This document shows, in pieces, positions 30,425-41,616 of a stretch of DNA of 64,000 bases. Position 1 is the first letter of the stretch, and the number at the start of each line of letters is the position of its first letter. This DNA comes from an uncultured Acidobacteriota bacterium. GTDB taxonomy: Bacteria > Acidobacteriota > Blastocatellia > RBC074. The notes under the pieces are model-generated. The model saw only the letters and a program-made list of their open reading frames with translations, had not been told where the DNA came from and did no database searches. Position numbers and translations under genes: made by a program. The stretch lies in NCBI GenBank assembly GCA_963796275.1, contig CAWCKY010000003.1, forward strand, positions 1,024,001 to 1,088,000, written 5' to 3'.

Positions 30425-32077
30425 TCATTTCTCAGTGATCGTCGTCACGCGGTCTACTGCGATTTTATTGACTGTCTCCACTTTTCCGTTCGGCCATTTA
30501 ATTGTAATTTCATCAACAGTTGTCGTTTTCCCCAGGCCGAAATGCAATCGCCGATCGGAATTTGAAATATAACTGTCGCCGGCATGGACTTCGTCAATTT
30601 GCGTCAATCCGCCGGCTTTGAGCGTTACGCGAGCGCCTACCGCATTACGATTCGATTTCGTGCCGACCAGTCTGAGCTTGATCCAATGACCGGCGATTGA
30701 CCCGCCATCATTACGTAGCAAGGTGGGCGGGCCGTCCAGATTATTGACGACCACATCGATATCTCCATCTTCGTCGTAATCGCCGAATGCCGCGCCGCGT
30801 GAAGCGCGGCGTTCAGTGAGGCTGGCTCCCAGTTCAGCCGCACACTCAGCAAATGTTCCATCGCGGAGATTTCGATAGAAGAGCATTCGCTGGCGATACA
30901 TCCCTTCCGGATATGCTCCTTCGATCTGCGGATAGACGTGGCCATTGACGATCAGCAGATCGAGCCAGCCGTCGTTATCGTAATCGAAGAACTTCGTGCC
31001 CCAGCCGACATAAGGCATGCTCACATCGGCTGTCTTCGACGCCCGCGAGGCATCGATAAAATTACCGTCCGATTGTTTGCGATAGATTGCGTTGTACTGG
31101 TCGGCGAAGTTGGTGATGACGAGGTCGAATCTGCCATCGCGATCATAATCGCCGATGGAAATTCCCATACTGCCCTGCTCGACGCCGTTCTCATCGACCG
31201 CCACGCCCAATGCCAAACCGATTTCGGTGAAAGTTCCGTCGCGGTTATTGCGATAGGCGTAATTCGGCGTCGCGTCGTTCGCGACGATGATGTCGGGCCA
31301 TCCGTCGTCATCTAGGTCGGTCCACATCACGCCGAGCCCGTAGTAACCGTTTGGGTCATCGACTTTAGCCTTCTGCGAAACATCGGTGAACGTCCCATCG
31401 CCATTGTTGCGGTAAAGAACATCTCCCGCGCCCGGCAACCCGCGCGGACCGCATTGGACGGGAATATTGCGATATCTGCAGATATCCCCTTTTCCGAACT
31501 GCGGCAGATCGTCGAGTTTGAAGTCGACGTAGTTGGTGACGAAGAGATCGAGATCGCCGTCGCGGTCGTAATCACCCCAGGCAGAGCCGGCAGAAAAGCG
31601 ATCATCGCTGACGCGCGCTTTTTTCGTCACGTCCTCGAATTTGCCGTCGCCGAGATTGCGGTAGAGCTTATCGGGTCCGAAGCAGGTGACGTATAGATCA
31701 TCGAAACCGTCGTTGTCATAATCGGCGACCGATACGCCCATCGCCCATCCGGGGTCCGCCACGCCCGCTTTTCCCGCGACGTCCGCGAATTTTCCATTGC
31801 CGAGATTTCGATATAGGGCTGCCGGGGGACGCGTCTTTTTCGCCAGCGCCGCCTCGACCGAAAATGAGTTGACGATATAAATGTCGAGTTTGCCGTCATT
31901 GTCGAAATCGAACATTGCGACGCCGCCGTTCATGCTCTCGACAATGTATCTCTTTTCCGATGAGGAGGCGCTGCTGAAGCCGATGCCTGATGATTTGGTG
32001 ACGTCGGTAAAGATGACGCCCGGCTTAACCGAGCCGTAAATAAAGAGAAGAATTAGTGAGGCTGTGAGACGGCTCAT
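30425..32077 (-). CDS. CRTAC1 family protein (FG-GAP/VCBS repeats + ASPIC/UnbV domain)
   Basis: Repeated D-x-D-x-DG-x-x-D motifs; C-terminal [10 protein letters not shown]...LHFGLG. Confidence 0.92.
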   Translation of the reverse strand: MSRLTASLILLFIYGSVKPGVIFTDVTKSSGIGFSSASSSEKRYIVESMNGGVAMFDFDNDGKLDIYIVNSFSVEAALAKKTRPPAALYRNLGNGKFADVAGKAGVADPGWAMGVSVADYDNDGFDDLYVTCFGPDKLYRNLGDGKFEDVTKKARVSDDRFSAGSAWGDYDRDGDLDLFVTNYVDFKLDDLPQFGKGDICRYRNIPVQCGPRGLPGAGDVLYRNNGDGTFTDVSQKAKVDDPNGYYGLGVMWTDLDDDGWPDIIVANDATPNYAYRNNRDGTFTEIGLALGVAVDENGVEQGSMGISIGDYDRDGRFDLVITNFADQYNAIYRKQSDGNFIDASRASKTADVSMPYVGWGTKFFDYDNDGWLDLLIVNGHVYPQIEGAYPEGMYRQRMLFYRNLRDGTFAECAAELGASLTERRASRGAAFGDYDEDGDIDVVVNNLDGPPTLLRNDGGSIAGHWIKLRLVGTKSNRNAVGARVTLKAGGLTQIDEVHAGDSYISNSDRRLHFGLGKTTTVDEITIKWPNGKVETVNKIAVDRVTTITEK

Positions 32078-32402
32078 TATGATGGGAAAAATTCATTCAG
32101 ACTGACGTTAAAACCCGGCGATATAGCTTCGCTCACCAGAGTTATAACAGCAGAGAAAATTTGTACCTCGGTCTGTAGGCGAAAAATCGATCCGGGGATT
32201 ATTCGGTCAATTACTGCAGCCATAAAATTCTCTCCGGTTGAATCATTCTAAAACAATGCGACAAAGATTGATACAAACCGGGAAGAGATGAAAAGAACGA
32301 AGAAAACGAAGGGATCGTCTGTCTGCCGTCTGTATGTCGTCGGAATGGTGAAGTGTCTTCGTCTTCTTCGTTTACTGTGGCTTACCTGTTGGCCGGACAG
32401 TC

Positions 32403-33884
<1,482 letters not shown>

Positions 33885-34230
33885 TGGTGACCTACCTCGT
33901 TTATTGATCTCTGGAGATGTCAGGGCATAAATTTAAACCCGGATCCGATGATGAAAGGTGACTAAGACGCAGATCGGATTGTGTGAATATGGTAGTAGGC
34001 GATTTATGGCGTCGATCTGTTTCTGTCCGTCGCAATGTGGGCGAATAGGTTCCCGTTGCTTGAGCGACTGGATAATGACCCGAGGAGCGTTGAATAACGG
34101 TTGGTCTTTCTATCCCCGAAATATTAGCCAGGTAGAAAAGATTAAAGGGCGAGGGGAAGGAGACAAGGAAGCCTTGTGTATCCCTGTCTTTCTTGTCCCC
34201 TTGTCTTTCTGATAGCTGATATCCGCGGAT

Positions 34231-35301
34231 TTACGCTACTGTGATCTCTTTCGCCAGATAGACGTCCTGGATCGCATTCAATATTTTCACGCCTTCATTC
34301 ATCGGGCGCTGGAAAGCCTTGCGGCCTGAGATAAGACCGGTGCCGCCGGCCCGTTTGTTGATGATGGCAGTCTTCACCGCCTCAGCCAGATCGCTCTGCC
34401 CTTTCGATTCGCCACCCGAGTTGATCAGCCCCGATCTGCCCATATAGCAATTAGCGATCTGATAGCGCGTCAGGTCGATCGGATTGTCGGAACTCAGTTG
34501 CGTATAGACACGTTCATCTGTCTTACCGTAAGGGTTCTCTTTGGTCGCCAGCACCTTGTAACCGCCGTTGTTAGCCGGCAGTTTCTGTTTGATGATGTCT
34601 GCTTCAATCGTCACGCCGAGATGATTGGCCTGGCCCGTCAGATCGGCCGATAGGTGATAGTCCTTGTCTTTCTTAAAAGCAGGGTTGCGCAGATAACACC
34701 ACAAGACCGTGAACATTCCGAGTTCGTGCGCGTGTTGGAATGCCTGGGTGATCTCCTGTAACTGACGCTTCGATTCCTCCGAGCCGAAATAGATGGTTGC
34801 TCCTACTCCGGCTGCTCCCATATCGAATGCCTGGTCGACGCTGGCGAATAATATCTGATCGAAGCTGTTCGGATAGGAGAGAAATTCGTTGTGATTGATT
34901 TTGACGATGAAAGGAATCTTGTGCGCATATTTGCGCGCGCAGGCCCCGAGCACGCCGAGCGTGGAGGCTACGGCATTGCACCCGCCTTCGACGGCGAGTT
35001 TAACGATGTTCTCGGGGTCGAAATAGGCTGGGTTGGGAGCGAAGCTAGCGCCGGCTGAATGCTCGATCCCCTGATCGACGGGAAGGATCGAGACGAAGCC
35101 CGTTCGGGCTAGACGTCCGGTATTGAATAGCGATTGTAAGTTGCGCAGTACGGTTATGGGACGATCGGTATTCACCAACACGCGGTCGATGAAATCCGGA
35201 CCGGGCAGGTGTAAAAGGTCTCGCGAAATTGTTTTGCATTCGTGTTTGAGAAGCAACTGCCCTTCTTCTCCGAGCATTTGCTCAATCTCTTTAAATTCCA
35301 T
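34231..35301 (-). CDS. fbaB: Class I fructose-bisphosphate aldolase (DhnA/FbaB type)
   Basis: [35 protein letters not shown]; start ATG 35301 with AGGAG RBS. Confidence 0.95.
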   Translation of the reverse strand: MEFKEIEQMLGEEGQLLLKHECKTISRDLLHLPGPDFIDRVLVNTDRPITVLRNLQSLFNTGRLARTGFVSILPVDQGIEHSAGASFAPNPAYFDPENIVKLAVEGGCNAVASTLGVLGACARKYAHKIPFIVKINHNEFLSYPNSFDQILFASVDQAFDMGAAGVGATIYFGSEESKRQLQEITQAFQHAHELGMFTVLWCYLRNPAFKKDKDYHLSADLTGQANHLGVTIEADIIKQKLPANNGGYKVLATKENPYGKTDERVYTQLSSDNPIDLTRYQIANCYMGRSGLINSGGESKGQSDLAEAVKTAIINKRAGGTGLISGRKAFQRPMNEGVKILNAIQDVYLAKEITVA

Positions 35302-35354
35302 AGCTCTCTCCTGATGGGAGTTGTTATTTAGGGATTGGTTGGGAAGTAAATCGG

Positions 35355-35384
35355 ATTTTACTGTGCAACCTTGAAAATGGTCAA
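35355..35384 (-). promoter_or_regulatory. Putative sigma70 promoter of fbaB
   Basis: Minus strand TTGACC-N18-TAAAAT. Confidence 0.45.
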
Positions 35385-35534
35385 ACTGTGGAAAATGCAG
35401 CAAGGCCAACCCTCAGCCATTCAGCGGTGAGGCTAGTCTGCGCGATGAGCGCATACAAGACGACTCGCTATTCGGTTACGGTCCTGCTGGTTGAGCGGTT
35501 GTCTAACTGCCGTTTCGTTGATGAATCAGCTATC

Positions 35535-37016
35535 TCAATTCCCACACACGAGATTAACCAGCGTCCGGACGCAAACACCTGTCGGCCCGACAGACATGTA
35601 AGGTTTGTTCGTCTCATTCCATGCTGTGCCGGCGATGTCCAGGTGAGCCCATGGAGTGTCTTCCACGAATTCACGAATAAAATAGGCCCCCGTGATCGTG
35701 CCGGCTTTGCGCCCGCCGATATTTTTTATGTCCGCGATCTCGCTTTTGATCTGTTCGCGATACTCTTTGTCGAGCGGCAATTGCCAGATCTTCTCGCCCG
35801 CCCTTTTGCCGGCCGCGATGATCTGGTCGATCCACTCCTGGTTTGTGCCGAGAACGGCGATGTAGATATCTCCGAGTGCGATCGATACGGCACCGGTGAG
35901 CGTCGCGAGGTCGACTATCCTGGTGGCACCAAGTTTACGCGCATAAGAGACGGCATCGGCCAAAACAAGGCGGCCCTCGGCGTCTGTGTTTATGACCTCG
36001 ATCGTCTTCCCGGACATGGCATGCACGACATCGCCGGGACGCTGCGCCCGCCCGCCCGGCATGTTTTCGGTGGCCGGCACGATGCCGATGACGTTGACCT
36101 GGGGTTTGAGCTGAGCCAACGCGCGCATAGCCGCGATTGTAGTTGCTCCCCCGGCCATGTCGTATTTCATCTTCTCCATCCCGTCCGCCGGCTTGATCGA
36201 AATGCCGCCCGTATCGAAAGTGATTCCCTTGCCGATGATAGCCACGGTCTCATCCGACCTGAATTGTGGGGTATAACGCAGAACAATCATCTTCGGCGGT
36301 TCGGCGGAACCCTGAGCCACGCCGAGCATTGCGCCCATCTTGAGTTCTTTCATCCGCGCTTCGTCGAGCACGTCGATGCCCAACCCGAAATCACGCGCAA
36401 CCTCTTCGGCACAACGCGCGAGCTCGGTCGGCGTCATAACATTGCTCGGCTCATTGATCACATCGCGCGCGAAGTTCGTTGCCTCCGCGATGATCCGGCC
36501 GCGCCGGATACCGCGATCCAGTTCGTCCGCGTCGCCCTCGGCCGCGGCGAATATGATCTTTTCGAGATGACTTTCGATCTTATCGCTCGTCTGGTACTTA
36601 TCAGGATCGAACAGCGCCAGCAGCGCGCCTTCGGTAGCGGCCTGCGCGCTCTCGCCGATTGGAAGCCGGGAGCGACGGAAGAGGGCGATGCTGCGCGCCT
36701 TCTTCCCTCGCAGCATGCGCGCCGCAATGCCCGCCATTTTCCTGACGCCGTCTATGTTGAATTCGTCAGATTTGCCTGCGCCGAGAAGTAGCAGGCGGCG
36801 GGCTTCGATATCGCCAGGTTGGTGGATATAGGCGCTTTCACCCGATTTCCCCGAAAACTCGCCTGATTCAATCAAAGATGTAATAACGCCGCCCGAACGC
36901 TTGTCGAGCTCTGCGAGCATGTCACCGTCGAGCTTTTCGCCCTCAAAAACATCGACGACCAGTACATCACATGCGATTTCATAAAAATTCTTCCTGACAA
37001 TTGCGTTAATTTCCAT
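35535..37016 (-). CDS. pepA: Leucyl aminopeptidase (M17)
   Basis: GKGITFDTGG, MKYDMAG, NTDAEGRL, ATLTGA, WAHLDIAG. Confidence 0.96.
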   Translation of the reverse strand: MEINAIVRKNFYEIACDVLVVDVFEGEKLDGDMLAELDKRSGGVITSLIESGEFSGKSGESAYIHQPGDIEARRLLLLGAGKSDEFNIDGVRKMAGIAARMLRGKKARSIALFRRSRLPIGESAQAATEGALLALFDPDKYQTSDKIESHLEKIIFAAAEGDADELDRGIRRGRIIAEATNFARDVINEPSNVMTPTELARCAEEVARDFGLGIDVLDEARMKELKMGAMLGVAQGSAEPPKMIVLRYTPQFRSDETVAIIGKGITFDTGGISIKPADGMEKMKYDMAGGATTIAAMRALAQLKPQVNVIGIVPATENMPGGRAQRPGDVVHAMSGKTIEVINTDAEGRLVLADAVSYARKLGATRIVDLATLTGAVSIALGDIYIAVLGTNQEWIDQIIAAGKRAGEKIWQLPLDKEYREQIKSEIADIKNIGGRKAGTITGAYFIREFVEDTPWAHLDIAGTAWNETNKPYMSVGPTGVCVRTLVNLVCGN

Positions 37017-37046
37017 TATCCAGACCTTTCAAATATGCCCCTCAGG

Positions 37047-38084
37047 TTACTTTACGAGACTGGTTTCCCATCTGTCATATTCGCCACCGAGTTCCTGCGC
37101 CAGCGCACTGAACCGTTCCCCGATCAGAGCTATCTTAGCTCCTTCCGGAACCATCTTCCTGGTCGCATAGCAAATCCACGCGTCACCTTGCGGCGCGCGC
37201 GACACCTCAGCGGTAAATCCTCCGACCCCGCTCGCTTTGATCCTTTCAGCGGCAGTACCGGCTGCTTCCTGAGTGGGGAAATAGAGATAGAATTCCAAAT
37301 CGTGGGGTTTGCTCAGGTCAGAACCTGCCTCCCGCAGCTGATCAAGGATATTCTGTATTTCTTCGGGAATCTTAATCGATTGGTCGGGTTTCTGCGGTTC
37401 AGTCTTTGGCATATCCACTTTTGGTGGTTCTCCTATCGGTAGTTCTTGTCTTGGTTGCGTTACGTGCTCCTGGCTAAGATTCGGTTGAGCCACCGCTGGT
37501 TGCTCGATAATTGGCTGATTAGTCGATGGTTGATCGTTGGCAGGTTGAGGCATCACCGGTTGGTTGATGACGGTTTGGGTTTTTATCGGTTGTTCGACGA
37601 CCGGTTGAGCTATTCTTGGTTGCTCGACGACCGGTTTAGCTATTCTTGATTGCTCGACGACCGGTTGAGCTATTCTTGATTGCTCGACGACCGGTTGGGC
37701 TATTCTTGGTTGCTCGACGACCTGTTGAACTATCCTCGGTTGTTCGGCGACCTGTTGAGCTATCCTCGGATGTTCGACGACCTGAGCTATCCTCGGTTGT
37801 TCGGCGACCTGTTGAGCTATCCTCGGTTGTTCGACGACCGGTTGAACTATCCTCGGATGTTCGATGATAGGTTGTGCTATTTTCGGCAGATCGAATTGCG
37901 GTCTTTCAGCGCGCGGCCTTTGAGGCCTATGCGGTTCTATCCGGGGAGAATCTACCTTTGGCTGATTTACCACGAAGTCTGTTAAAACAGTGCCGGGCGC
38001 TTTCCGTCTGCGCAAGCGCAAAAGGATGATCGCGAGTGATGCCAGGAGCACTGCCAGAACTAGGAGTGTGATATTGTCATCCAT
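37047..38084 (-). CDS. Membrane-anchored protein with a Pro/Gln/Val repeat linker and a C-terminal RraB-like domain
   Basis: N-terminal TM helix followed by RLRRRK; 10 copies of approximately RIAQPVVEQP; C-terminus GSDLSKPHDLEFYLYF...LAQELGGEYDRWET resembles RraB. Confidence 0.7.
   Translation of the reverse strand: MDDNITLLVLAVLLASLAIILLRLRRRKAPGTVLTDFVVNQPKVDSPRIEPHRPQRPRAERPQFDLPKIAQPIIEHPRIVQPVVEQPRIAQQVAEQPRIAQVVEHPRIAQQVAEQPRIVQQVVEQPRIAQPVVEQSRIAQPVVEQSRIAKPVVEQPRIAQPVVEQPIKTQTVINQPVMPQPANDQPSTNQPIIEQPAVAQPNLSQEHVTQPRQELPIGEPPKVDMPKTEPQKPDQSIKIPEEIQNILDQLREAGSDLSKPHDLEFYLYFPTQEAAGTAAERIKASGVGGFTAEVSRAPQGDAWICYATRKMVPEGAKIALIGERFSALAQELGGEYDRWETSLVK
37588..37884 (-). repeat. Intragenic 30-bp tandem repeat (about 10 copies, one of 27 bp)
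   Basis: Plus-strand unit approximately GGTTGAGCTATTCTTGGTTGCTCGACGACC, encoding the decapeptide repeat. Confidence 0.9.
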
Positions 38085-38553
38085 ATTTCACCTTGGTTTT
38101 GATTGCAATGCGCGCTTCGCGCTCTTGCGTCTTGCGCGCTTCTGTTTCGCGTTTGTCGTATAGTTTTTTGCCGCGGGCAATAGCCAGCTCACACTTGATT
38201 AAATTTCCCTTGAAATACAACTTGGTCGGTATGAGGGTCAGACCTTTCTCCTGTACCTTCGACTGTAGACGTATGATCTCGCGCTTGTGCAGCAGCAGGC
38301 GCCGGTCGCGCGTCGGATAATGATTTTGCCTATTGCCGTGAGAATAATGGCTGATGTGTGCGTTTAGCAACCATGTCTGGCCATCGCGCACCAGCGCATA
38401 GGCATCTTTCAGGTTCACGCGCCCCTCTCGGATCGATTTAACCTCGGTGCCCACCAATTGAATCCCAGCTTCGAATGTTTCAAGGATGTGATAATTGTGA
38501 TAGGCATCGCGGTTGGTTGTGATGATCTTTTGCTCATTCGTTTTTTCCGTCAT
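38077..38553 (-). CDS. smpB: SsrA-binding protein
   Basis: EAGIQLVGTEVKSIR, RRLLLHKREI, ARGKKLYDKR. Confidence 0.97.
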   Translation of the reverse strand: MTEKTNEQKIITTNRDAYHNYHILETFEAGIQLVGTEVKSIREGRVNLKDAYALVRDGQTWLLNAHISHYSHGNRQNHYPTRDRRLLLHKREIIRLQSKVQEKGLTLIPTKLYFKGNLIKCELAIARGKKLYDKRETEARKTQEREARIAIKTKVKYG

Positions 38554-38811
38554 TTATCAGGAATCTTTTTGGGGGGATAGAAAGGACTTACATGATTTTT
38601 CAAGATTTATCATGATACACAAGGTCATGACAATCTGGGTAAATCCTGACCTAAGTTTCTTCGTTTCCTACGCCTTCGACAATTGCGAACCGACTATTGT
38701 CAATTCGGATGATCGGGGTTTGCCGGACCAGACATTCATTTACACTATTAAAAAGCCGTATTACTTCGCCTATTCTCCCAGAATTGCCCACGACAACTCA
38801 ACCTTTATGAT

Positions 38812-39297
38812 CTATATTTTTTTCGATTTTTCCCGCACCCATATCATCTCTTTCGTCCGTTCAAAACCGAGGCTGAGATAAAGCTGTTCACCTTCATCCG
38901 ATGGGTGGAGGGTCACGCGCGCGAAGCCCCGCTCACAGCACCACTCTAGAATCGTTTCCATTATTCTACGTGCCAGCCCGCGCCTTCTATGCTCCGGTTC
39001 GGTATAGATGTTCATGATGTAGGCCTCCAAACCGCCCTGGAGACTGCCCGGACGCGGCAACAATCGGCGCATCATCACTCCGCCGCCGGCAATGACCTTT
39101 TCTTCGAGTTCAACAAGCCAGCCCAAATAATCATCCTCCGCAAGCATTTCGGACAATTGGGGGATTGAGGCGGATATTATTGATACGGATTCGACCTCAT
39201 CGACGTGCTTCATCTCGCAGAACATCGCCGCCCGATGGCGAGCGATCACCGCGGCATCGTCAACGGTCGCACGACGGATTCGATACACTCCAGCCAT
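38812..39297 (-). CDS. GNAT family N-acetyltransferase
   Basis: NIYTEPEHRRRGLAR acetyl-CoA motif and LYLSLGF. Confidence 0.9.
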   Translation of the reverse strand: MAGVYRIRRATVDDAAVIARHRAAMFCEMKHVDEVESVSIISASIPQLSEMLAEDDYLGWLVELEEKVIAGGGVMMRRLLPRPGSLQGGLEAYIMNIYTEPEHRRRGLARRIMETILEWCCERGFARVTLHPSDEGEQLYLSLGFERTKEMIWVREKSKKI

Positions 39298-39300
39298 CGG

Positions 39301-40299
39301 TCAACTGCCCTCCGATTTTAACGGTCGCTCCATCAGTTCAATCATCAATTCACCCGGACTTTTATTTTCGTAGAGTAATTGAAAAACGCCTTTTGTGATC
39401 GGCATTTCCACGCCTAAACCGGCTGCCAGTTCGTATGCCGCGCGCGTCGTCTTGACTCCTTCGGCCACCGCGCGCATTTCGCCGACAATTTCCTGCAACT
39501 TGCGCCCGCGCCCCAATTCAAAACCGACGCGCCGGTTGCGCGAAAGCTCGCCGAAGCAGGTTAGGACGAGGTCGCCCATTCCGGCTAACCCGGCCAAAGT
39601 CTCTGACTTTCCGCCCAGCGTCACAGCCAGCCTCGTCATTTCGGCCAGGCCGCGAGTAACCAGCGCCGCCGCGCTATTGTATCCGAGGCCCAGGCCGCTG
39701 ACCGCGCCGGTTGAAATAGCCATCACATTCTTGATTGCACCGCCGATTTCTACCCCGATGACATCGTTATTCGTATAAATGCGAAACCGGTTGGTCGACA
39801 AGGTCTCCTGTACTCTAGCGGCCCAATCGATTGAAGACGAGGCGGCGACTATTGCGCAGGGTTCATCTTTTGCAACCTCGAGCGCGAAACTCGGCCCGGA
39901 GAGAGCGACATAACGGGGCTCGAAATGAAGGGCATTCCTCACCACTTCTTCCATTCGCATCCGCGTATCGATCTCCAGGCCTTTGGTGGCGCTGACGATA
40001 ATCATCTCCGGTCGCAGAGCGGGGAGCATTCGCAGATAGATTTCATGGCATACATGCGATGGCACAGCGGTTAATACGAGCTCGGCATCGCCTACAGCCT
40101 CGGCGAGATCCTTTGCCGGAATTATCGATCCGGGCAAGGTAAACCCTGGCAGATAGATTTTATTTACGCGCTCTCGTTGGAGAAGGGAAGCGACCTCGTT
40201 GCTGTGCGCCCATAATCGCACCTGATTTCCGGCACGCGCAGCGACGAGCGCCAACGCCGTTCCCCAGGCTCCGGCTCCGATGATCGCAACCTTTTTCAT
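39301..40299 (-). CDS. gpsA: NAD(P)H-dependent glycerol-3-phosphate dehydrogenase
   Basis: GAGAWGTALA, LSGPSFA, GGAIKNV, GDLVLTC, SRN, EGV. Confidence 0.96.
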   Translation of the reverse strand: MKKVAIIGAGAWGTALALVAARAGNQVRLWAHSNEVASLLQRERVNKIYLPGFTLPGSIIPAKDLAEAVGDAELVLTAVPSHVCHEIYLRMLPALRPEMIIVSATKGLEIDTRMRMEEVVRNALHFEPRYVALSGPSFALEVAKDEPCAIVAASSSIDWAARVQETLSTNRFRIYTNNDVIGVEIGGAIKNVMAISTGAVSGLGLGYNSAAALVTRGLAEMTRLAVTLGGKSETLAGLAGMGDLVLTCFGELSRNRRVGFELGRGRKLQEIVGEMRAVAEGVKTTRAAYELAAGLGVEMPITKGVFQLLYENKSPGELMIELMERPLKSEGS

Positions 40300-40320
40300 C
40301 TATCAAATCTCAGGAATTTT

Positions 40321-40780
40321 CAGACCGCCTGAAGGCGGGACTCCGAACATGTTCCGCATCGTTTGGAGTTCCGCGTTTACGCGGTCTTCTTCCTTTCGAA
40401 CGATTTCAGACCGCCTGAAGGCGGGACTCCAAACATGTTCCGCATCGTTTGGAGTTCCGCGTTTACGCGGTCTTCTTCTTTTCGAACGATTTTCAGACCG
40501 CCTGAAGGCGGGACTCCAAACATGTTCCGCATCGTTTGGAGTTCCGCGTTTACGCGGTCTTCTTCTTTTCGAACGATTTCAGACCGCCTGAAGGCGGGAC
40601 TCCAAACATGTTCCGCATCGTTTGGAGTTCCGCGTTTACGCGGTCTTCTTCTTTTCGAACGATTTCAGACCGCCTGAAGGCGGGACTCCAAACATGTTCC
40701 GCATCGTTTGGAGTTCCGCGTTTACGCGGTCTTCTTCTTTTCGAACGATTTTCAGACCGCCTGAAGGCGGGACTCCAAAC
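40321..40780. repeat. Tandem array of 86-87 bp REP-doublet units (5 full copies + 1 partial)
   Basis: Units start at 40321, 40407, 40494, 40580, 40666 and 40753; each carries CCGCCTGAAGGCGGGACTCCAAAC and an inverted variant GTTTGGAGTTCCGCGTTTACGCGG. Confidence 0.92.
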
Positions 40781-40919
40781 AATGTTCACGAACGAAAAAA
40801 ATCAGATCTTTTCGTCTGATACTTATTCTCTCTACAGGGCAATCGTATCAAATTAAATCTTTCATCCAGGCGCCCACCAAAAATCGATAGGATCAGCGAT
40901 TTCTAAATTTCAAATCTTC

Positions 40920-41612
40920 CTACCGCACCATTCCCAGCTTGTTCTCCGTTCCCGCCAGCAGACGCCTGATATTCCCCCAATGCTTTCCGATGATCAGCCC
41001 CGAAACCGCACAGAGAGCAATCATGACTTGACCGAAGCCTGCGACTGGAGAGATCGCTATATTTTGAATGACAGTCCACAGCGGGACGCAGATTGCTGCA
41101 GCAATAGATCCCAGTGAAACATAGCGCGTGCGCCAGACAATTAATACGAAGACGACCGCCGCTGCCAGCACCGACCAAGGGACGATGGCGAGAAATACTC
41201 CCAATCCCGTTGCCACGCCCTTTCCCGCATGAAACTTGAGCCAGACCGGGAAGCAGTGGCCGGCGACGGCGAAAATCGCCGATGCCGCCGCCAGAGTATC
41301 CGCATCCGGACCGCCGGAGGTCATCCATCGCGCGACCCAGACCGCAAGAAATCCCTTCGCCGTATCGAGCGCGAGCGTAGCAATACCCGCAGCTTTTCCG
41401 GACTTTCTCAGGACATTGGTCGCCCCGGTTGCTCCGCTGCCCGTCTCGCGGATATCCGCTCCGCTTTTCAATCTCACAATCAGGTATCCGAATGGAATGG
41501 AACCCAGCAAATACGCAATTACGAGGGGGAGAGCGATGCGCCCGAGATATGTCGTTGAGAGCAGATGATATGAGAGCAGATGATAGAGGAAGAAGATTAC
41601 GGTCGTGCCCAT
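40920..41612 (-). CDS. plsY: Glycerol-3-phosphate acyltransferase
   Basis: YLLGSIPFG, GSGATGATNVLR, GHCFPVWLKFHAGKGVAT, KHWGNIRRL; start uncertain. Confidence 0.93.
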   Translation of the reverse strand: MGTTVIFFLYHLLSYHLLSTTYLGRIALPLVIAYLLGSIPFGYLIVRLKSGADIRETGSGATGATNVLRKSGKAAGIATLALDTAKGFLAVWVARWMTSGGPDADTLAAASAIFAVAGHCFPVWLKFHAGKGVATGLGVFLAIVPWSVLAAAVVFVLIVWRTRYVSLGSIAAAICVPLWTVIQNIAISPVAGFGQVMIALCAVSGLIIGKHWGNIRRLLAGTENKLGMVR

Positions 41613-41616
41613 TCCA

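Noticed and set aside
35400-35530. Possible riboswitch between pepA and fbaB
   Set aside because: Only modest hairpins with no recognisable aptamer consensus, and they lie upstream of the predicted fbaB promoter; more likely a terminator region.
35388-36791. 467-aa plus-strand ORF
   Set aside because: It is the antisense shadow of pepA. Similar shadows occur over purF, glpK, selA and the M14 peptidase, as expected from GC-rich codon bias.
38077-38810. tmRNA (ssrA) or an integrated element next to smpB
   Set aside because: No tmRNA-like ends (GGGG..TCGA / TTCGA..CCACCA) and no integrase are visible near smpB.
40321-40780. Possible CRISPR array
   Set aside because: The sequences between the palindromes are essentially identical, so there are no unique spacers, and no cas genes are present. 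It is a tandem REP-doublet repeat.
40280-40856. Several ~100-aa ORFs over the tandem array
   Set aside because: They are translations of the DNA repeat in multiple frames, with no RBS or protein-like features.
41557-41590. Short duplication GAGAGCAGATGATA in the plsY 5' region (YHLLSYHLLS)
   Set aside because: A two-copy in-frame micro-duplication in a variable N-terminus; no evidence of function.
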